The notes: generated by a model not told the origin, from the sequence alone. DNA of 64,000 bases from Ignavibacteria bacterium (GCA_016873805.1 VGVZ01000004.1:66864-130863), one strand, 5' to 3'. Positions 22,462-32,909 are shown, counted from the stretch's first letter. Made by a program: numbers and translations.

Positions 22462-24693
22462 TCAGAGATTCCGCTTCCAGAAATCGAGCATCAGGTGATT
22501 CATGTGTCGACGACCTGCCATGTCCCCCACACCATGTTTCCGCATCGGATAAACCATCAACTCAAAGAGCTTGTTTGCTTTGACGAGTTCATCGACGAAC
22601 CGCCACGTGTTCTGGATATGAACGTTGTCGTCATGGGTTCCGTGGATGATGAGGAGTCGTCCGTGCAGGTCCTTCGCGTACTTCAGGAGTGAATATGTTT
22701 CAAACCCCTCCAGGTTTTCCTTCTCCGTCTTCATCATCGCCTCACCCCACTTGGTGTCGTAGAACCGGAAATCGGTGACACCGGCTCCGGCAATCCCCGC
22801 CTTGAATTCTTTCGATCGGGTCATAGCGAGGATCGTGTTCGATCCACCCCCGCTCCAACCCCAGATGCCGAACCGATCGGGATCGACATACGGTTGCCGT
22901 TTCATCCAGTGCATGGCATCGACGAGATCATCCAACTCAACTTCACCAAGGGATCGCTTGAGAAAGAGGTTCTCGAGTTTCTTGCTGATTGCCGTGGCGG
23001 CGCGATTATCCACAGTCATGCAGATATATCCTTCGTTGAGCAACACGTTTTCCCAAACAGCGCCGAAGGAAAATGAATTGGATACTTGCGGTGCGGATGG
23101 CCCTCCATACACGTTCACGATGACCGGATATTTCATGGAAGGATCGAAGTCCCGCGGCTTCGTGATGTGCGCCGGAAGAAGGAAGCCGTCTCTCGCGGGA
23201 ATCTGTATCAATTCACCGGTTTGCAAACCGTACTTCTCGAAGCCGGCCGGATTGGGATCGGCAAGCGTCGTCTTCTTCGTTCCTCCGGTCTCATAGAGCG
23301 CGAGTGACGGGGGGGTGGAGATATTCGAGAAGCGGTCGAAGTAAAATTTCGTATTCGGACTCATGTTGATGGCGTGAGTTCCGGCCTCGGTCGTCAGCCT
23401 CTTCATCCCACTTCCGTCAACCTTGATTCGATAGAGGTGTTTCTCGAGAGGCGATCTTTCGAGTGCGGTAAAGTAGATCCAACCATTCTGTTCGTCGATG
23501 CCGGCCACCGCCTGCCTCACCCAGAAGGCTCCTCCACCCGAGGAGCGAATTGCCCAGTTTCCTTTCGTGATCTGATTGACAAGTTTGCCTTCGAGCGTAA
23601 AGCGATAAAGATGTTCGTACCCGTCTCGCTCCGAGGAAATGATCAAATGCTTGCCGTCCTTCAAAAAGAAGAGATCATCGGAGATGTTGATCCATCCCTC
23701 GTTGAGATCTTTCAGCACGTGTTTTGCCTTTCCCGTGAAGCGATCGATGAGATGGAGATCGAGTTCTGTCTGAAGCCGATTGTTGGTCCGGACTGCAACC
23801 TGCTTGTTGTTTGGAAGCCAATCGACGCGGATAATGTATTCGAAAGAACTTGGATCCAGTTGTGCCCAGGTGGTCGTAGAGCCTTCAATCTCGATGATAC
23901 CGACCTTCACGTCGGGATTCTTTTCGCCCACCTTCGGATAGCGCTGTTTCGTGACCGTTGGGGTCCATGGTGCGATATCGACATAATGCTGCACACTCAC
24001 CATCGATTCATCGGTCCGAAGGAACGCGACGGCCTTTGAATCTTTCGACCACCAATAGCCGATATCCTGACGTCCGAAAATTTCTTCCCAATAGACCCAC
24101 GACAGTGTGCCGTTCAGGATCGTCTCGCTTCCATCATTCGTCAGGCGCCGCTCTTTCTTGGCCTCGAGATCATACGCGTACAAATCGTTGGCACGCACGA
24201 ACGCCACCTTCAATCCGTCCGGGGAGAGATTGGCAGACCTTTCGGGATCGGGAGTGTCGGTCACGCGCTGGAAGGTCGCAGGAGCGAACTCGAGAACAAA
24301 GAGATCGCCGCCAATCAGGTAGAGTCCGCGCGTTCCGTCTTTCGTGATTTCGCTCGGCATCGGAGGGAGGAAGGGTGCCTTTCCTTCGGGAAAGAAAGTC
24401 TTGAAGTGTTCGAGCGCTTTCGCAGCATCAACGTGCGGAGCGCGCTTTCCGTCAGCCGGATTGAAACGCTCGAGTGTCCGCTCCATAGGCGGCTTACGCG
24501 TGTCGTAGATCAGTGCCGTATTGTCCTCCAACCACCACACGCGCGGGGTGGAGAATGCCTGCATGATGGTCGGATCGTTCATGTTGTCGAGCGTCAAACG
24601 TTGCGGTTCCTGCGCGAGGAGAAGCAGAGGAACTAGTACTCCGACCACCACCACAAGCCGGGAGCATATCTGAAAGGGGCTGCGCTTGTTCAT
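22462..24693 (-). CDS. S9B dipeptidyl peptidase IV family
   Basis: WVYWEE, YPKVG, VYGGP, nucleophile motif GWSGGG, HGTHDDNVH, YPMRKH; start at MNKRSPF after an RBS. Confidence 0.93.
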   Translation of the reverse strand: MNKRSPFQICSRLVVVVGVLVPLLLLAQEPQRLTLDNMNDPTIMQAFSTPRVWWLEDNTALIYDTRKPPMERTLERFNPADGKRAPHVDAAKALEHFKTFFPEGKAPFLPPMPSEITKDGTRGLYLIGGDLFVLEFAPATFQRVTDTPDPERSANLSPDGLKVAFVRANDLYAYDLEAKKERRLTNDGSETILNGTLSWVYWEEIFGRQDIGYWWSKDSKAVAFLRTDESMVSVQHYVDIAPWTPTVTKQRYPKVGEKNPDVKVGIIEIEGSTTTWAQLDPSSFEYIIRVDWLPNNKQVAVRTNNRLQTELDLHLIDRFTGKAKHVLKDLNEGWINISDDLFFLKDGKHLIISSERDGYEHLYRFTLEGKLVNQITKGNWAIRSSGGGAFWVRQAVAGIDEQNGWIYFTALERSPLEKHLYRIKVDGSGMKRLTTEAGTHAINMSPNTKFYFDRFSNISTPPSLALYETGGTKKTTLADPNPAGFEKYGLQTGELIQIPARDGFLLPAHITKPRDFDPSMKYPVIVNVYGGPSAPQVSNSFSFGAVWENVLLNEGYICMTVDNRAATAISKKLENLFLKRSLGEVELDDLVDAMHWMKRQPYVDPDRFGIWGWSGGGSNTILAMTRSKEFKAGIAGAGVTDFRFYDTKWGEAMMKTEKENLEGFETYSLLKYAKDLHGRLLIIHGTHDDNVHIQNTWRFVDELVKANKLFELMVYPMRKHGVGDMAGRRHMNHLMLDFWKRNL

Positions 24694-24949
24694 AACAATT
24701 CCTTTCCAGCAATTCTCGGTGAAGTGAACTTCGTTCATAGGAGTCACACAGAGCGTAGTAAGAGGAAAAATGTTCGAAATCACAAGAGGATGAAAATAGT
24801 CACAAAATCGAGCGATTCCGAATGGTACCATCCAGCACACGCGTCCGGAGCGATTAAACGTTCCGACCGCCGTCACCATCCAAGGTGACACAGCTGGAAT
24901 TGAAATGGAATTTCTGCATATTGAAAAAGATTTCAGAACAGGAGAATCT

Positions 24950-26398
24950 ATGAATCATCGAACGCTTGTTCTCGCGATCATGGTGATCGCCCTGGCTCTC
25001 ACATCCGGCTGCACTCGCACGACTGACCCGTACGAACCCACTTCCGATATCCTCTCGCTTTCCCAAACCGAATCGAACATCATCGCTCTAACGGCGATGG
25101 ATCATTTTGATCTTACGCCGGAGCAACGCGAGAAGCTGAACGCCCTGATGAAGAAACATCAGGAGGCAGTTCAGGTTCTCATCGAGGAGCACAAGAAAGG
25201 GAACATCTCCCGTGAGGAGCTGCATGCCAGAATTCAGGCCCTCGAAAAGGAGCTTGAAGAGCAAATCAAATTGATCCTCACCCCCGAGCAGTTCGAAAAG
25301 TGGAAGCAGCACCAGGAGCACGTCAGGCAATTTGGAGGACTCCCGTACCCTTTGCTGATGCCGCTGGAACATCTGGCCAGGATTCTGGAGCTTGATGAAC
25401 GGCAGGTTCAGCAGGCGCGGGCAATCGTTGAGAAGGCGCTGGAGGAGATGCGGACAGCCGTGCAGACGATCGCGGATAGAAAACGCCTCCATGAGGTGAT
25501 TGCGGAGATCGTGAAGCGAGCGGAGGCTCAGTTCCGCAGCATCCTGACCGATGCTCAGAAAGCGAAGTACGATCAGCTGAAACGTCCTCAGCCCGTTTCG
25601 CTTCCCTATCCACTTCCATTCCCACTGGAACACTTGACCCGGGCACTTTCGTTAACCCCCGCCCAGGTTGATCAGGCGAAGGCCATCATCGATTCCGCGT
25701 CGGCAGAAATACGCAATGCGTTCCAGACGATCACGGACAAATCAGAACTGAGTCGCGTGATTGAGCAAATCCTCAAGAACACGGACGCGGCGTTTCAAAA
25801 TATCCTGACGGAGCAGCAGCGGCTTGTCTACGCGCGGATGAAGAATCCACAGCCCGCAATTTCCATCCCGTATCCTCTGATCCTTCCCCTCGAACATCTC
25901 GTGAGAATTCTGGCGCTGACCTCTGAGCAGACTGAGCTCGCCAAAGCGATTGTTGAGGATGCGTTGAAGGAAATGCGTGCGGCGGCGGAGAGCGTGAAGA
26001 ACAAGGATGAGCTTCGTGCGATGTTTGAAGCAATCATGAAGCGAGCGGATAGCCGATTCCGTGCACTGCTCACCGCTGAACAGGCGGCGAAGTACGATCA
26101 ACTCAAGAAGCCTTCGCATCAGCCAAGATATCCATATCCGTTGATCCTTCCTCTCGAGACTCTCGCGAGGGAGCTTGCTCTCACCCGCGATCAGGTTCAG
26201 AAGGCGAGCGCGATTGTTGAAACGGCAATGCGCGAGATTCGTCAGGCAGTAGATACCATCAATGACAAAAATGAGCTGCAGAAGGTTCTCGAGCAGATCA
26301 TGATGAGGACCGACGCGCAGTTCACCAGCATCCTCACTTCTGAGCAGATCATCAAGTACGAAGCGATCAAGAAGAAGGTGAGAGTCAGCGGCGGGTAG
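24950..26398 (+). CDS. Lipoprotein with tandem LTXXQ (Spy/CpxP-like) helical repeats
   Basis: Lipobox LTSGC; four ~88 aa repeats starting xPYPL..PLE.L and ending ILT..Q...Y, plus one degenerate N-terminal unit. Confidence 0.8.
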   Translation: MNHRTLVLAIMVIALALTSGCTRTTDPYEPTSDILSLSQTESNIIALTAMDHFDLTPEQREKLNALMKKHQEAVQVLIEEHKKGNISREELHARIQALEKELEEQIKLILTPEQFEKWKQHQEHVRQFGGLPYPLLMPLEHLARILELDERQVQQARAIVEKALEEMRTAVQTIADRKRLHEVIAEIVKRAEAQFRSILTDAQKAKYDQLKRPQPVSLPYPLPFPLEHLTRALSLTPAQVDQAKAIIDSASAEIRNAFQTITDKSELSRVIEQILKNTDAAFQNILTEQQRLVYARMKNPQPAISIPYPLILPLEHLVRILALTSEQTELAKAIVEDALKEMRAAAESVKNKDELRAMFEAIMKRADSRFRALLTAEQAAKYDQLKKPSHQPRYPYPLILPLETLARELALTRDQVQKASAIVETAMREIRQAVDTINDKNELQKVLEQIMMRTDAQFTSILTSEQIIKYEAIKKKVRVSGG

Positions 26399-26421
26399 AC
26401 GCGCAGAGGCGATTGAGATGG

Positions 26422-26460
26422 AGAGCGCCCTGCGATTATTTCGCGGGGCGCTTCTATTTT
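26422..26460 (+). terminator. Putative intrinsic terminator
   Basis: AGCGCCCTGCGA / TCGCGGGGCGCT stem followed by a T-rich tract. Confidence 0.55.
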
Positions 26461-26486
26461 GGTGCAGTAGTAGGACTCCGCTCGCT

Positions 26487-26515
26487 TTGCGATTCGCTTC
26501 GCTTTTCGCTATATT
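26487..26515 (+). promoter_or_regulatory. Putative sigma-70 promoter upstream of the tRNA-Val repeat array
   Basis: TTGCGA, 17 bp spacer, TATATT; lies 16 bp before the first repeat unit. Confidence 0.55.
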
Positions 26516-26531
26516 TTCAAGCAAGGTTTTT

Positions 26532-26939
26532 GGACGCTTAGCTCAGTCCCAATTTGCCTGAACTTCGCAAACGGAGTGCAGCGAAGTTCATGGTCAAATT
26601 GAGGATCCCGTCGCTTTTGGACGGGACTGGTTCAGCGAACGGCAACGAAGTACGCTTTACATCCAATGGACGCTTAGCTCAGTCCCAATTTGCCTGAACT
26701 TCGCAAACGGAGTGCAGCGAAGTTCATGGTCAAATTGAGGATCCCGTCGCTTTTGGACGGGACTGGTTCAGCGAACGGCAACGAAGTACGCTTTACATCC
26801 AATGGACGCTTAGCTCAGTCCCAATTTGCCTGAACTTCGCAAACGGAGTGCAGCGAAGTTCATGGTCAAATTGAGGATCCCGTCGCTTTTGGACGGGACT
26901 GGTTCAGCGAACGGCAACGAAGTACGCTTTACATCCAAT
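26532..26939 (+). repeat. Tandem array of 3 x 136 bp units: tRNA-Val 5' end with an 80 bp double-hairpin element in the D-loop
   Basis: Units start at 26532, 26668 and 26804; the intact tRNA starts in register at 26940. Confidence 0.95.
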
Positions 26940-27014
26940 GGACGCTTAGCTCAGCTGGTTCAGAGCGCCTGCCTTACAAGCAGGAGGTCAGTGGTTCAAA
27001 TCCACTAGCGTCCA
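26940..27014 (+). tRNA. tRNA-Val (anticodon TAC), CCA not encoded
   Basis: Acceptor stem GGACGCT/AGCGTCC, anticodon arm CCTGC-CTTACAA-GCAGG, T-loop GGTTCAAATCC. Confidence 0.96.
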
Positions 27015-27052
27015 CAAATGTGGGATGCAGACTGCTGGAGAGGGAAAGTGGA

Positions 27053-27088
27053 AGCTGGTTCAGAGCGTCCCGTCCCACCGGGACGGGA
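27053..27088 (+). repeat. Extra tRNA-Val D-arm fragment followed by a TCCCG/CGGGA hairpin
   Basis: agctggttcagagcg is identical to the tRNA, followed by TCCCGTCCC-acc-GGGACGGGA. Confidence 0.8.
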
Positions 27089-27204
27089 AGCGTTCTGAAC
27101 TGGGCCGACCGGAGGGCTGACCTGTACGAGGTGAAGTACTCCAACAATAGTCAGGATTCGAAGACCGCCAGCAAGGGTGTGCCTGAAAAGCGATCGGGAA
27201 AGGG

Positions 27205-29139
27205 CTAGGGGGACCCTTCAATCTCCTCAATCTGTTTCATGAGATCTTCCCATTCCCAGTAGAGATTCCCCAGAGAGCCGCGAACATCCGTGTACGATTC
27301 AGTCAGGTGCTTCGCTTCTTCGCTTGACCGATAGGAAGCCGGGTCTCCAAGGCGAACCTCGATCTCGGCCTTCCGCGTTTCAAGCTCCTCAATTGACGCT
27401 TCCATCTTTGCCAACCGGTGTTTGAGCGGACGAAGCTGGCGGCTCAACTCCTGGCGCCGTTCTGCCTCAATTCTCCTTCTCTCACGTGACGAGGAGGCCG
27501 GTTGCGAGACGTTCCGGTCTGTCTCTTCATCCCGATCCATCCATTTCCGATCGAGGTACTCCGACACTGTGCCGAGGTACGTCCTTATGCCACCGCTGGC
27601 GAATTCCCACACGTTGTTGACGAGGGGATCAAGAAACGCGCGGTCGTGCGAAACAATTGCCAGAGTCCCCTCGAATTCAAGCAATGCTTCTTGAAGCACA
27701 CGTTTCGATCGCATGTCGAGATGGTTTGTCGGCTCATCCATAATCAAGAAATTGGCCGATCGGAGGAGCATCTTGGCGAGGGCAAGCCGGCTTTTCTCGC
27801 CGCCGGAAAGGACGCCAACCTTTTTGAACACGTCGTCTCCATGGAACAGGAAGCTTCCGAGCAAGGTTCTCAGGTGCTTGCGAATATCTCCTTGCGCGAC
27901 CTCTTCGAGCGTTTGAAGAACTTCCTTCGAGGGATCAAACTCCTCTGCCTGGTGTTGCGCGTAGTATGAGATCGAAACGTTATGTCCGGCCGTCACGCGG
28001 CCCGAATCATACGGTTCTTCACCCGCCATGATCCGGGCAAAAGTTGACTTCCCGGCACCGTTGACTCCGACGATCGCGATGCGATCGCCCCGTTCGATGT
28101 GAATGTTCAGATCGTCAAAGAGTGCGACGTCTCCATACGTCTTCTTCAACGCCTGAATGTCCATCACGATCCGTCCGCTTGGTTCCGGCTGGGGGAAGGT
28201 GAAGGTGATCTCGCGTTCATCGCGCTGCACTTCGATACGTTCCATCTTTTCAAGGCGTTTGATGCGACTCTGTACCTGGCGTGCTTTCGTTGCCTTGTAC
28301 CGAAAACGGTTGATGAATTGCTGGGTTCGCTGGATTTCGTTCTGTTGATTCTTGTAGGCGCTCAGGAGAAGCTCACGGCGAGACTCTGAGTCCTTTTCGT
28401 AGTACGAATAGTTGCCGGCGTACAGGTCGAGTCGACCTGCCTCAAGGGCAAGAGTCTTCGTTGTCAACGTGTCAAGCAAGCGGCGATCATGAGAGACAAG
28501 AATGACGGCACCGTCATACCGGAGGAGATATTCCTCCAGCCAGCGGAGGGAATCGAGATCGAGATGGTTTGTTGGCTCATCGAGTAAGAGGACGTTGGGC
28601 TCGCGAAGCAGAAGCTTTGCAAGCATAATACGCATCTGCCATCCTCCGCTGAACTCGTACGAAGGCCGGACAAAATCGCTGACGGAAAAACCCAATCCCA
28701 TCAGTACACGCTCAATCTTCGATTCCATTTGATAAGCATCAAGCTCCTCCAACCTGTGCTGCAATTCCCCGATCACTTCAAGAACCTGATGCGCAGAGAG
28801 ATCGTCCGTCGGTAGTCGGGAAAGCGTGGCATGCGCATCGTCGAGCTTCCTCTGAACAGAGAGCACGTCGTCAACGGCGGTCGCGACTTCGCGAGCAAGG
28901 GGAAGGTTGCCAGAGACGACGCCATCCTGGGGAAGATATCCGACGGTGACGTAGTTCCCTTTGTTCACACTCCCGATGTCGGGGGAGATCATGCCGGCGA
29001 CGATCTTCAGAAGGGTCGATTTCCCGCTCCCGTTGGAGCCCACGAGCCCGATTCTATCGTGCGGACTGACTGAAACGGACAATCCGTCGAACAGGGTGCG
29101 TCCGCCGAACGAAATCCCGATGTTATCAAGTGACAGCAT
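27205..29139 (-). CDS. ABC-F family ATP-binding protein
   Basis: Two ABC domains (GSNGSGKS/FSGGW/LLDEPTNHLD and GVNGAGKS/LSGGE/MDEPTNHLD), no TM segments, C-terminal coiled coil. Confidence 0.95.
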   Translation of the reverse strand: MLSLDNIGISFGGRTLFDGLSVSVSPHDRIGLVGSNGSGKSTLLKIVAGMISPDIGSVNKGNYVTVGYLPQDGVVSGNLPLAREVATAVDDVLSVQRKLDDAHATLSRLPTDDLSAHQVLEVIGELQHRLEELDAYQMESKIERVLMGLGFSVSDFVRPSYEFSGGWQMRIMLAKLLLREPNVLLLDEPTNHLDLDSLRWLEEYLLRYDGAVILVSHDRRLLDTLTTKTLALEAGRLDLYAGNYSYYEKDSESRRELLLSAYKNQQNEIQRTQQFINRFRYKATKARQVQSRIKRLEKMERIEVQRDEREITFTFPQPEPSGRIVMDIQALKKTYGDVALFDDLNIHIERGDRIAIVGVNGAGKSTFARIMAGEEPYDSGRVTAGHNVSISYYAQHQAEEFDPSKEVLQTLEEVAQGDIRKHLRTLLGSFLFHGDDVFKKVGVLSGGEKSRLALAKMLLRSANFLIMDEPTNHLDMRSKRVLQEALLEFEGTLAIVSHDRAFLDPLVNNVWEFASGGIRTYLGTVSEYLDRKWMDRDEETDRNVSQPASSSRERRRIEAERRQELSRQLRPLKHRLAKMEASIEELETRKAEIEVRLGDPASYRSSEEAKHLTESYTDVRGSLGNLYWEWEDLMKQIEEIEGSP

Positions 29140-29389
29140 GGGTGCAAATATACGAAAATTGTCGAGGGTCTTTCCTCAATTTGGGAAAAGACATAAGCCA
29201 ATCCGGAAGACGAAGATCTCTTTTCTTCCCAGGAGTAGAAAGAAACGACCCCTGATTTCCCGTCTCCGGGAAGCTGCGAATCCAAAATCCTTGAAAAGAG
29301 ATCAAAATCCAGCTGTATTCTACATTTATTGTTGGCACATAAGTTGACATTTGTAAATATAGATTTTCTGAAGGGTGAGAATGGAGAAG

Positions 29390-29827
29390 ATGTCAGCGAA
29401 TACTAAGCCGACGTACTCGATCGGAACAGTCTCCCGCATGCTTGGTGTGTCGGTCCATACACTCCGCATGTATGAGCGGGAGGGCTTGATCATTCCCCAC
29501 AAGTCGGATGGCAATCACCGGCTGTACTCGCCGGCAGATGTCGACCGTCTCAATTGTATCCGTCGGGCAATTCTGGAAGAAAAAATCAGCATTGCAGGTA
29601 TCCGTCGGATTCAAGCGCTCATCCCGTGTTGGGATATCAAGCAGTGCTCGGAAGAAGACCGCTCACACTGCAAGGCGTTTCGGAGTCATGAACGCGGGTG
29701 CTGGACGTACAAGCACAAGAAAAATATGTGTGCGGAGCTGGATTGTCGGACTTGTGATGTCTACGAGTCGGCGATAGATTGCGGCAACATCAAACAACGT
29801 ATCATCGAGCTCGCCTTCGAACGTTGA
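29390..29827 (+). CDS. MerR-family regulator with a Cys-rich C-terminal (two-CW-like) domain
   Basis: YSIGTVSRMLGVSVHTLRMYEREGLI, GNHRLYS; C-terminal PCW...C...C...CW...C...CRTCDVY. Confidence 0.88.
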   Translation: MSANTKPTYSIGTVSRMLGVSVHTLRMYEREGLIIPHKSDGNHRLYSPADVDRLNCIRRAILEEKISIAGIRRIQALIPCWDIKQCSEEDRSHCKAFRSHERGCWTYKHKKNMCAELDCRTCDVYESAIDCGNIKQRIIELAFER

Positions 29828-29933
29828 ATCGTCTCCATCCCTCCCGCGTGATGTACTCTTTTCCGTACGTCCGTTTGAATCTCATTCCAATGCACGATTG
29901 CACAACCCTCGTTGAGGTGTGAAAGGATTGTCC

Positions 29934-31166
29934 ATGAAACGACTGGTCATTCTTGGTGGTGGTACAGCCGGAACGATGATGGTGAACAAGCTCGCACCTC
30001 ATCTCATTCCGCGCGGTTGGGAGATCACAATTGTCGATCAATCAGAAACACATTACTACCAACCGGGATTTCTCTTCATTCCCTTCGGCATCTACTCCAA
30101 AGAGGATGTCGTCAAGCCGCGGCGCGACTATTTTCCAAAAGGCGTCAATGTCATCGTGAACCCCATAGAGGTCATTGATCCGAGGCAACAGTGTGTGCGC
30201 CTGATTGATGGCACGATGCTCAAGTACGATCTTTTGATTATCGCAACGGGCTCGCACATCAATCCCGGAGAGACCGAGGGCCTGGTCAACGGGTCGTGGA
30301 ACAAAAGTATCTTCGAGTTCTATACCGCCGATGGGGCTGTAATGTTGGGGGATCATCTGAAGCAGTGGAAGGGGGGAAGACTGGTGATCAACGTCGTAGA
30401 AATGCCGATCAAATGCCCCGTCGCTCCACTGGAGTTTGCCTTTCTTGCCGATTGGTGGTTTACCGAGCAGGGGATGCGCAATGAGGTGGAAATCGAATTC
30501 GTCACGCCGCTTCCGGGCGCGTTTACCAAGCCGGTTGCCTCGAGTCTCTTGGGGACGTTCCTCGAGAGGAAGAACATCAAACTTATCCCCGAGTTCAGCG
30601 TGGGACGCGTGGATGGGGAGGCACACAAGCTGGTCTCTTGGGATGAGCGCGAAGTCTCGTACGATCTCCTGGTGACCATCCCTACCAATATGGGCGCTGA
30701 GGTTATCGGGAAGTCGGGACTGGGAGACGACCTGAACTTCATCCCGACCGATCCAAAGACCCTGCAGTCAAAATCGTTCGAGAATATTTTCGTCATCGGC
30801 GATGCAACGGATTTGCCGACATCAAAAGCCGGGTCGGTGGCTCACTTTGAATCGGATGTGCTGCACGAGAATGTGCTACGCTTCGTCGAGGGACGGCCAC
30901 TGGTCGGCAAATTCGATGGACATGCAAACTGCTTCATCGAATCGGGGCACGGGAAAGCCCTGTTGATTGACTTCAATTACGATGTCGAACCGCTTCCCGG
31001 CAAATATCCTCTCCCGGGTATGGGTCCCTTTTCATTGTTGCAGGAAAGCAAAACGAATCATTGGGGGAAGATGATGTTCCGCTGGATGTACTGGAACCTC
31101 TTGATCAAAGGGGCAGAACTGCCGGTCGAATCGCAGTTCTACATGGCTGGAAAATATCGGAGTTAG
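29934..31166 (+). CDS. sqr: Sulfide:quinone oxidoreductase (type III-like)
   Basis: GGGTAG FAD motif, HYYQPG, IKCPVAPLE, IGDAT, ANCFIE. Confidence 0.88.
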   Translation: MKRLVILGGGTAGTMMVNKLAPHLIPRGWEITIVDQSETHYYQPGFLFIPFGIYSKEDVVKPRRDYFPKGVNVIVNPIEVIDPRQQCVRLIDGTMLKYDLLIIATGSHINPGETEGLVNGSWNKSIFEFYTADGAVMLGDHLKQWKGGRLVINVVEMPIKCPVAPLEFAFLADWWFTEQGMRNEVEIEFVTPLPGAFTKPVASSLLGTFLERKNIKLIPEFSVGRVDGEAHKLVSWDEREVSYDLLVTIPTNMGAEVIGKSGLGDDLNFIPTDPKTLQSKSFENIFVIGDATDLPTSKAGSVAHFESDVLHENVLRFVEGRPLVGKFDGHANCFIESGHGKALLIDFNYDVEPLPGKYPLPGMGPFSLLQESKTNHWGKMMFRWMYWNLLIKGAELPVESQFYMAGKYRS

Positions 31167-31168
31167 CG

Positions 31169-31921
31169 ATGGAGACGACACTGAACAATTCCATGACGGG
31201 ACAGCGCCTGGAAGAAATGGAGCGAAAGCTTGATCTTATCGTCGAACAGCTCGCCGAGATGCAGAGCCGCCAGCGCGTCGCGGATGAGCTGAAGCAAGAT
31301 CTCAATCTCATCGGTAAGGATGTTTTCAATACGCTCGTTCATGAGTTGAAGGACATTACGCCCTACGTCGATGGGGAAGACCTCGTTCTGCTGGTCAAAA
31401 AGCTCCTGCGCAATGTCCGGAAACTCAATACCGTTTTTGATCAGCTTGAAAGCCTGCACATGTTGATGGAAGACCTCTCTCCTGTGGTCAAGGAATTCAT
31501 CATGACGCTGGTGCAGAGGTTGGATGAGCTCGAACGGAAGGGGTACAAGGAATTTCTGCAGGAAGGGATCAAGATTGTCGACACGGTCGTCACGAACTTC
31601 ACCCCTGATGATGTCCGCTTGCTGCGTGAGAACGTGACGTCAATTCTCCTTACGGTGAGGAATCTCACGCAACCGCAAATGCTTTCAACGGTGGATCATG
31701 CACTTGGATTCTTCGAGAAGATGGATATCGATGTGGAAGAAAAGCCGAGTCTCCTCGCGATCCTGAAGGAACTGCAGGATCCGGAGGTACGCCGGGGAAT
31801 TCTCTTTGCATTGAAATTTACGAAACGCCTGTCAAGTCAACCCGACACGCTTCAATACCTGAATACACGAACTCAACTGCTCTCAAAGGAGGAACACCGC
31901 AATGCCCAGGAAACAACTTAA
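31169..31921 (+). CDS. DUF1641-domain protein
   Basis: All-helical; C-terminal SLLAILKELQDPEVRRGI; follows sqr. Confidence 0.82.
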   Translation: METTLNNSMTGQRLEEMERKLDLIVEQLAEMQSRQRVADELKQDLNLIGKDVFNTLVHELKDITPYVDGEDLVLLVKKLLRNVRKLNTVFDQLESLHMLMEDLSPVVKEFIMTLVQRLDELERKGYKEFLQEGIKIVDTVVTNFTPDDVRLLRENVTSILLTVRNLTQPQMLSTVDHALGFFEKMDIDVEEKPSLLAILKELQDPEVRRGILFALKFTKRLSSQPDTLQYLNTRTQLLSKEEHRNAQETT

Positions 31922-32219
31922 TGGTCGTGCCATCGAAGTGACGGATGAAGGATTCTTGGTCAATCCCTCTGAGTGGTCCGAAGATCTTGCCCCGTTGCTG
32001 GCAAAAGAAATTGGCATCGATAATCTTACGGATGCGCACTGGAAGGTCATTCGCTTCATGCGCAGTGACTTTGAAGCGAAGGGTCAGATTCCCTCGATCC
32101 GCCGGATGAAAAACGAGGGAGGGATACCGACGAAGGAGCTTTATGAGCTCTTTCCCGAAGGACCAGCCAAGAAAGCGGCGTATGTCTCTGGACTGGGGAA
32201 GCCACAAGGCTGTGTGTAA
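31902..32219 (+). CDS. TusE/DsrC-family sulfur relay protein (single C-terminal Cys)
   Basis: DEGFLV...W, HWKVIRFMR, LYELFPEGP, GLGKPQGCV. Confidence 0.9.
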   Translation: MPRKQLNGRAIEVTDEGFLVNPSEWSEDLAPLLAKEIGIDNLTDAHWKVIRFMRSDFEAKGQIPSIRRMKNEGGIPTKELYELFPEGPAKKAAYVSGLGKPQGCV

Positions 32220-32270
32220 GAACAATCACATCTCCTGGTCATCTGATCATCCAATGGAAGGGTACCAATA

Positions 32271-32774
32271 ATGACAAACGAGAAACAGGAAAAAATCAAG
32301 AAGGTCTCGATCGTCGTCTCTCGAGGATCGCTCGATGGTGTCTACCCGGGCCTGATTATGGGGAATGGCGCGCGCATGGAAGGGATTGAGGCAAATCTCT
32401 TCTTCACTTTTTTTGGATTGCACGCGATCACAAAGAAAAAAGTCAACAAGATCAAGGTCGCAACGGTTGGAAATCCGGCAATGTGCGTCCCGAGTGCCAT
32501 GGGTCCCGGCTTGCCGACATGGATGGGAGCGCTCCCCGGCATGTCATGGTTTGCCACCAGCATGATGAAGAAGGAGATGGAAAAGCTGGATATTCCGCCG
32601 GTCGGTGAGTTCCTCGAGATGATCCACGACGCGGGGGCAAAGATCTACGCCTGCAAAGCCACGGTGGACATGTTTCACCTGACGCCGGATGATTTCCTGC
32701 CCCAGGTCGAGGGAATCATCAACGTGGCAAAGTTCTACGAAGTGGCCGCCGGCGGCGAGATCATTTTCACGTAA
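32271..32774 (+). CDS. DsrE/DsrF/DrsH-like (DsrE2-type) sulfur transferase
   Basis: LFFTFFGL, KIYACKAT, C-terminal IIFT. Confidence 0.88.
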   Translation: MTNEKQEKIKKVSIVVSRGSLDGVYPGLIMGNGARMEGIEANLFFTFFGLHAITKKKVNKIKVATVGNPAMCVPSAMGPGLPTWMGALPGMSWFATSMMKKEMEKLDIPPVGEFLEMIHDAGAKIYACKATVDMFHLTPDDFLPQVEGIINVAKFYEVAAGGEIIFT

Positions 32775-32909
32775 GGAAGACGAAACCTTCCGGGACGAGC
32801 ACCGAGGAGATGGGGCGAGTGATGCTTGCAGTTGAATCAAAAGGGAGTTAATTTTGGACGAATTGATCTCAAATCTTTTTCGCCAAATCAAATTGTCGGG
32901 AGGTTGGTT

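Noticed and set aside
31902-32219. Evidence for dissimilatory sulfate or sulfite reduction (dsrC)
   Set aside because: Only one C-terminal Cys is present and there is no dsrAB in the window.
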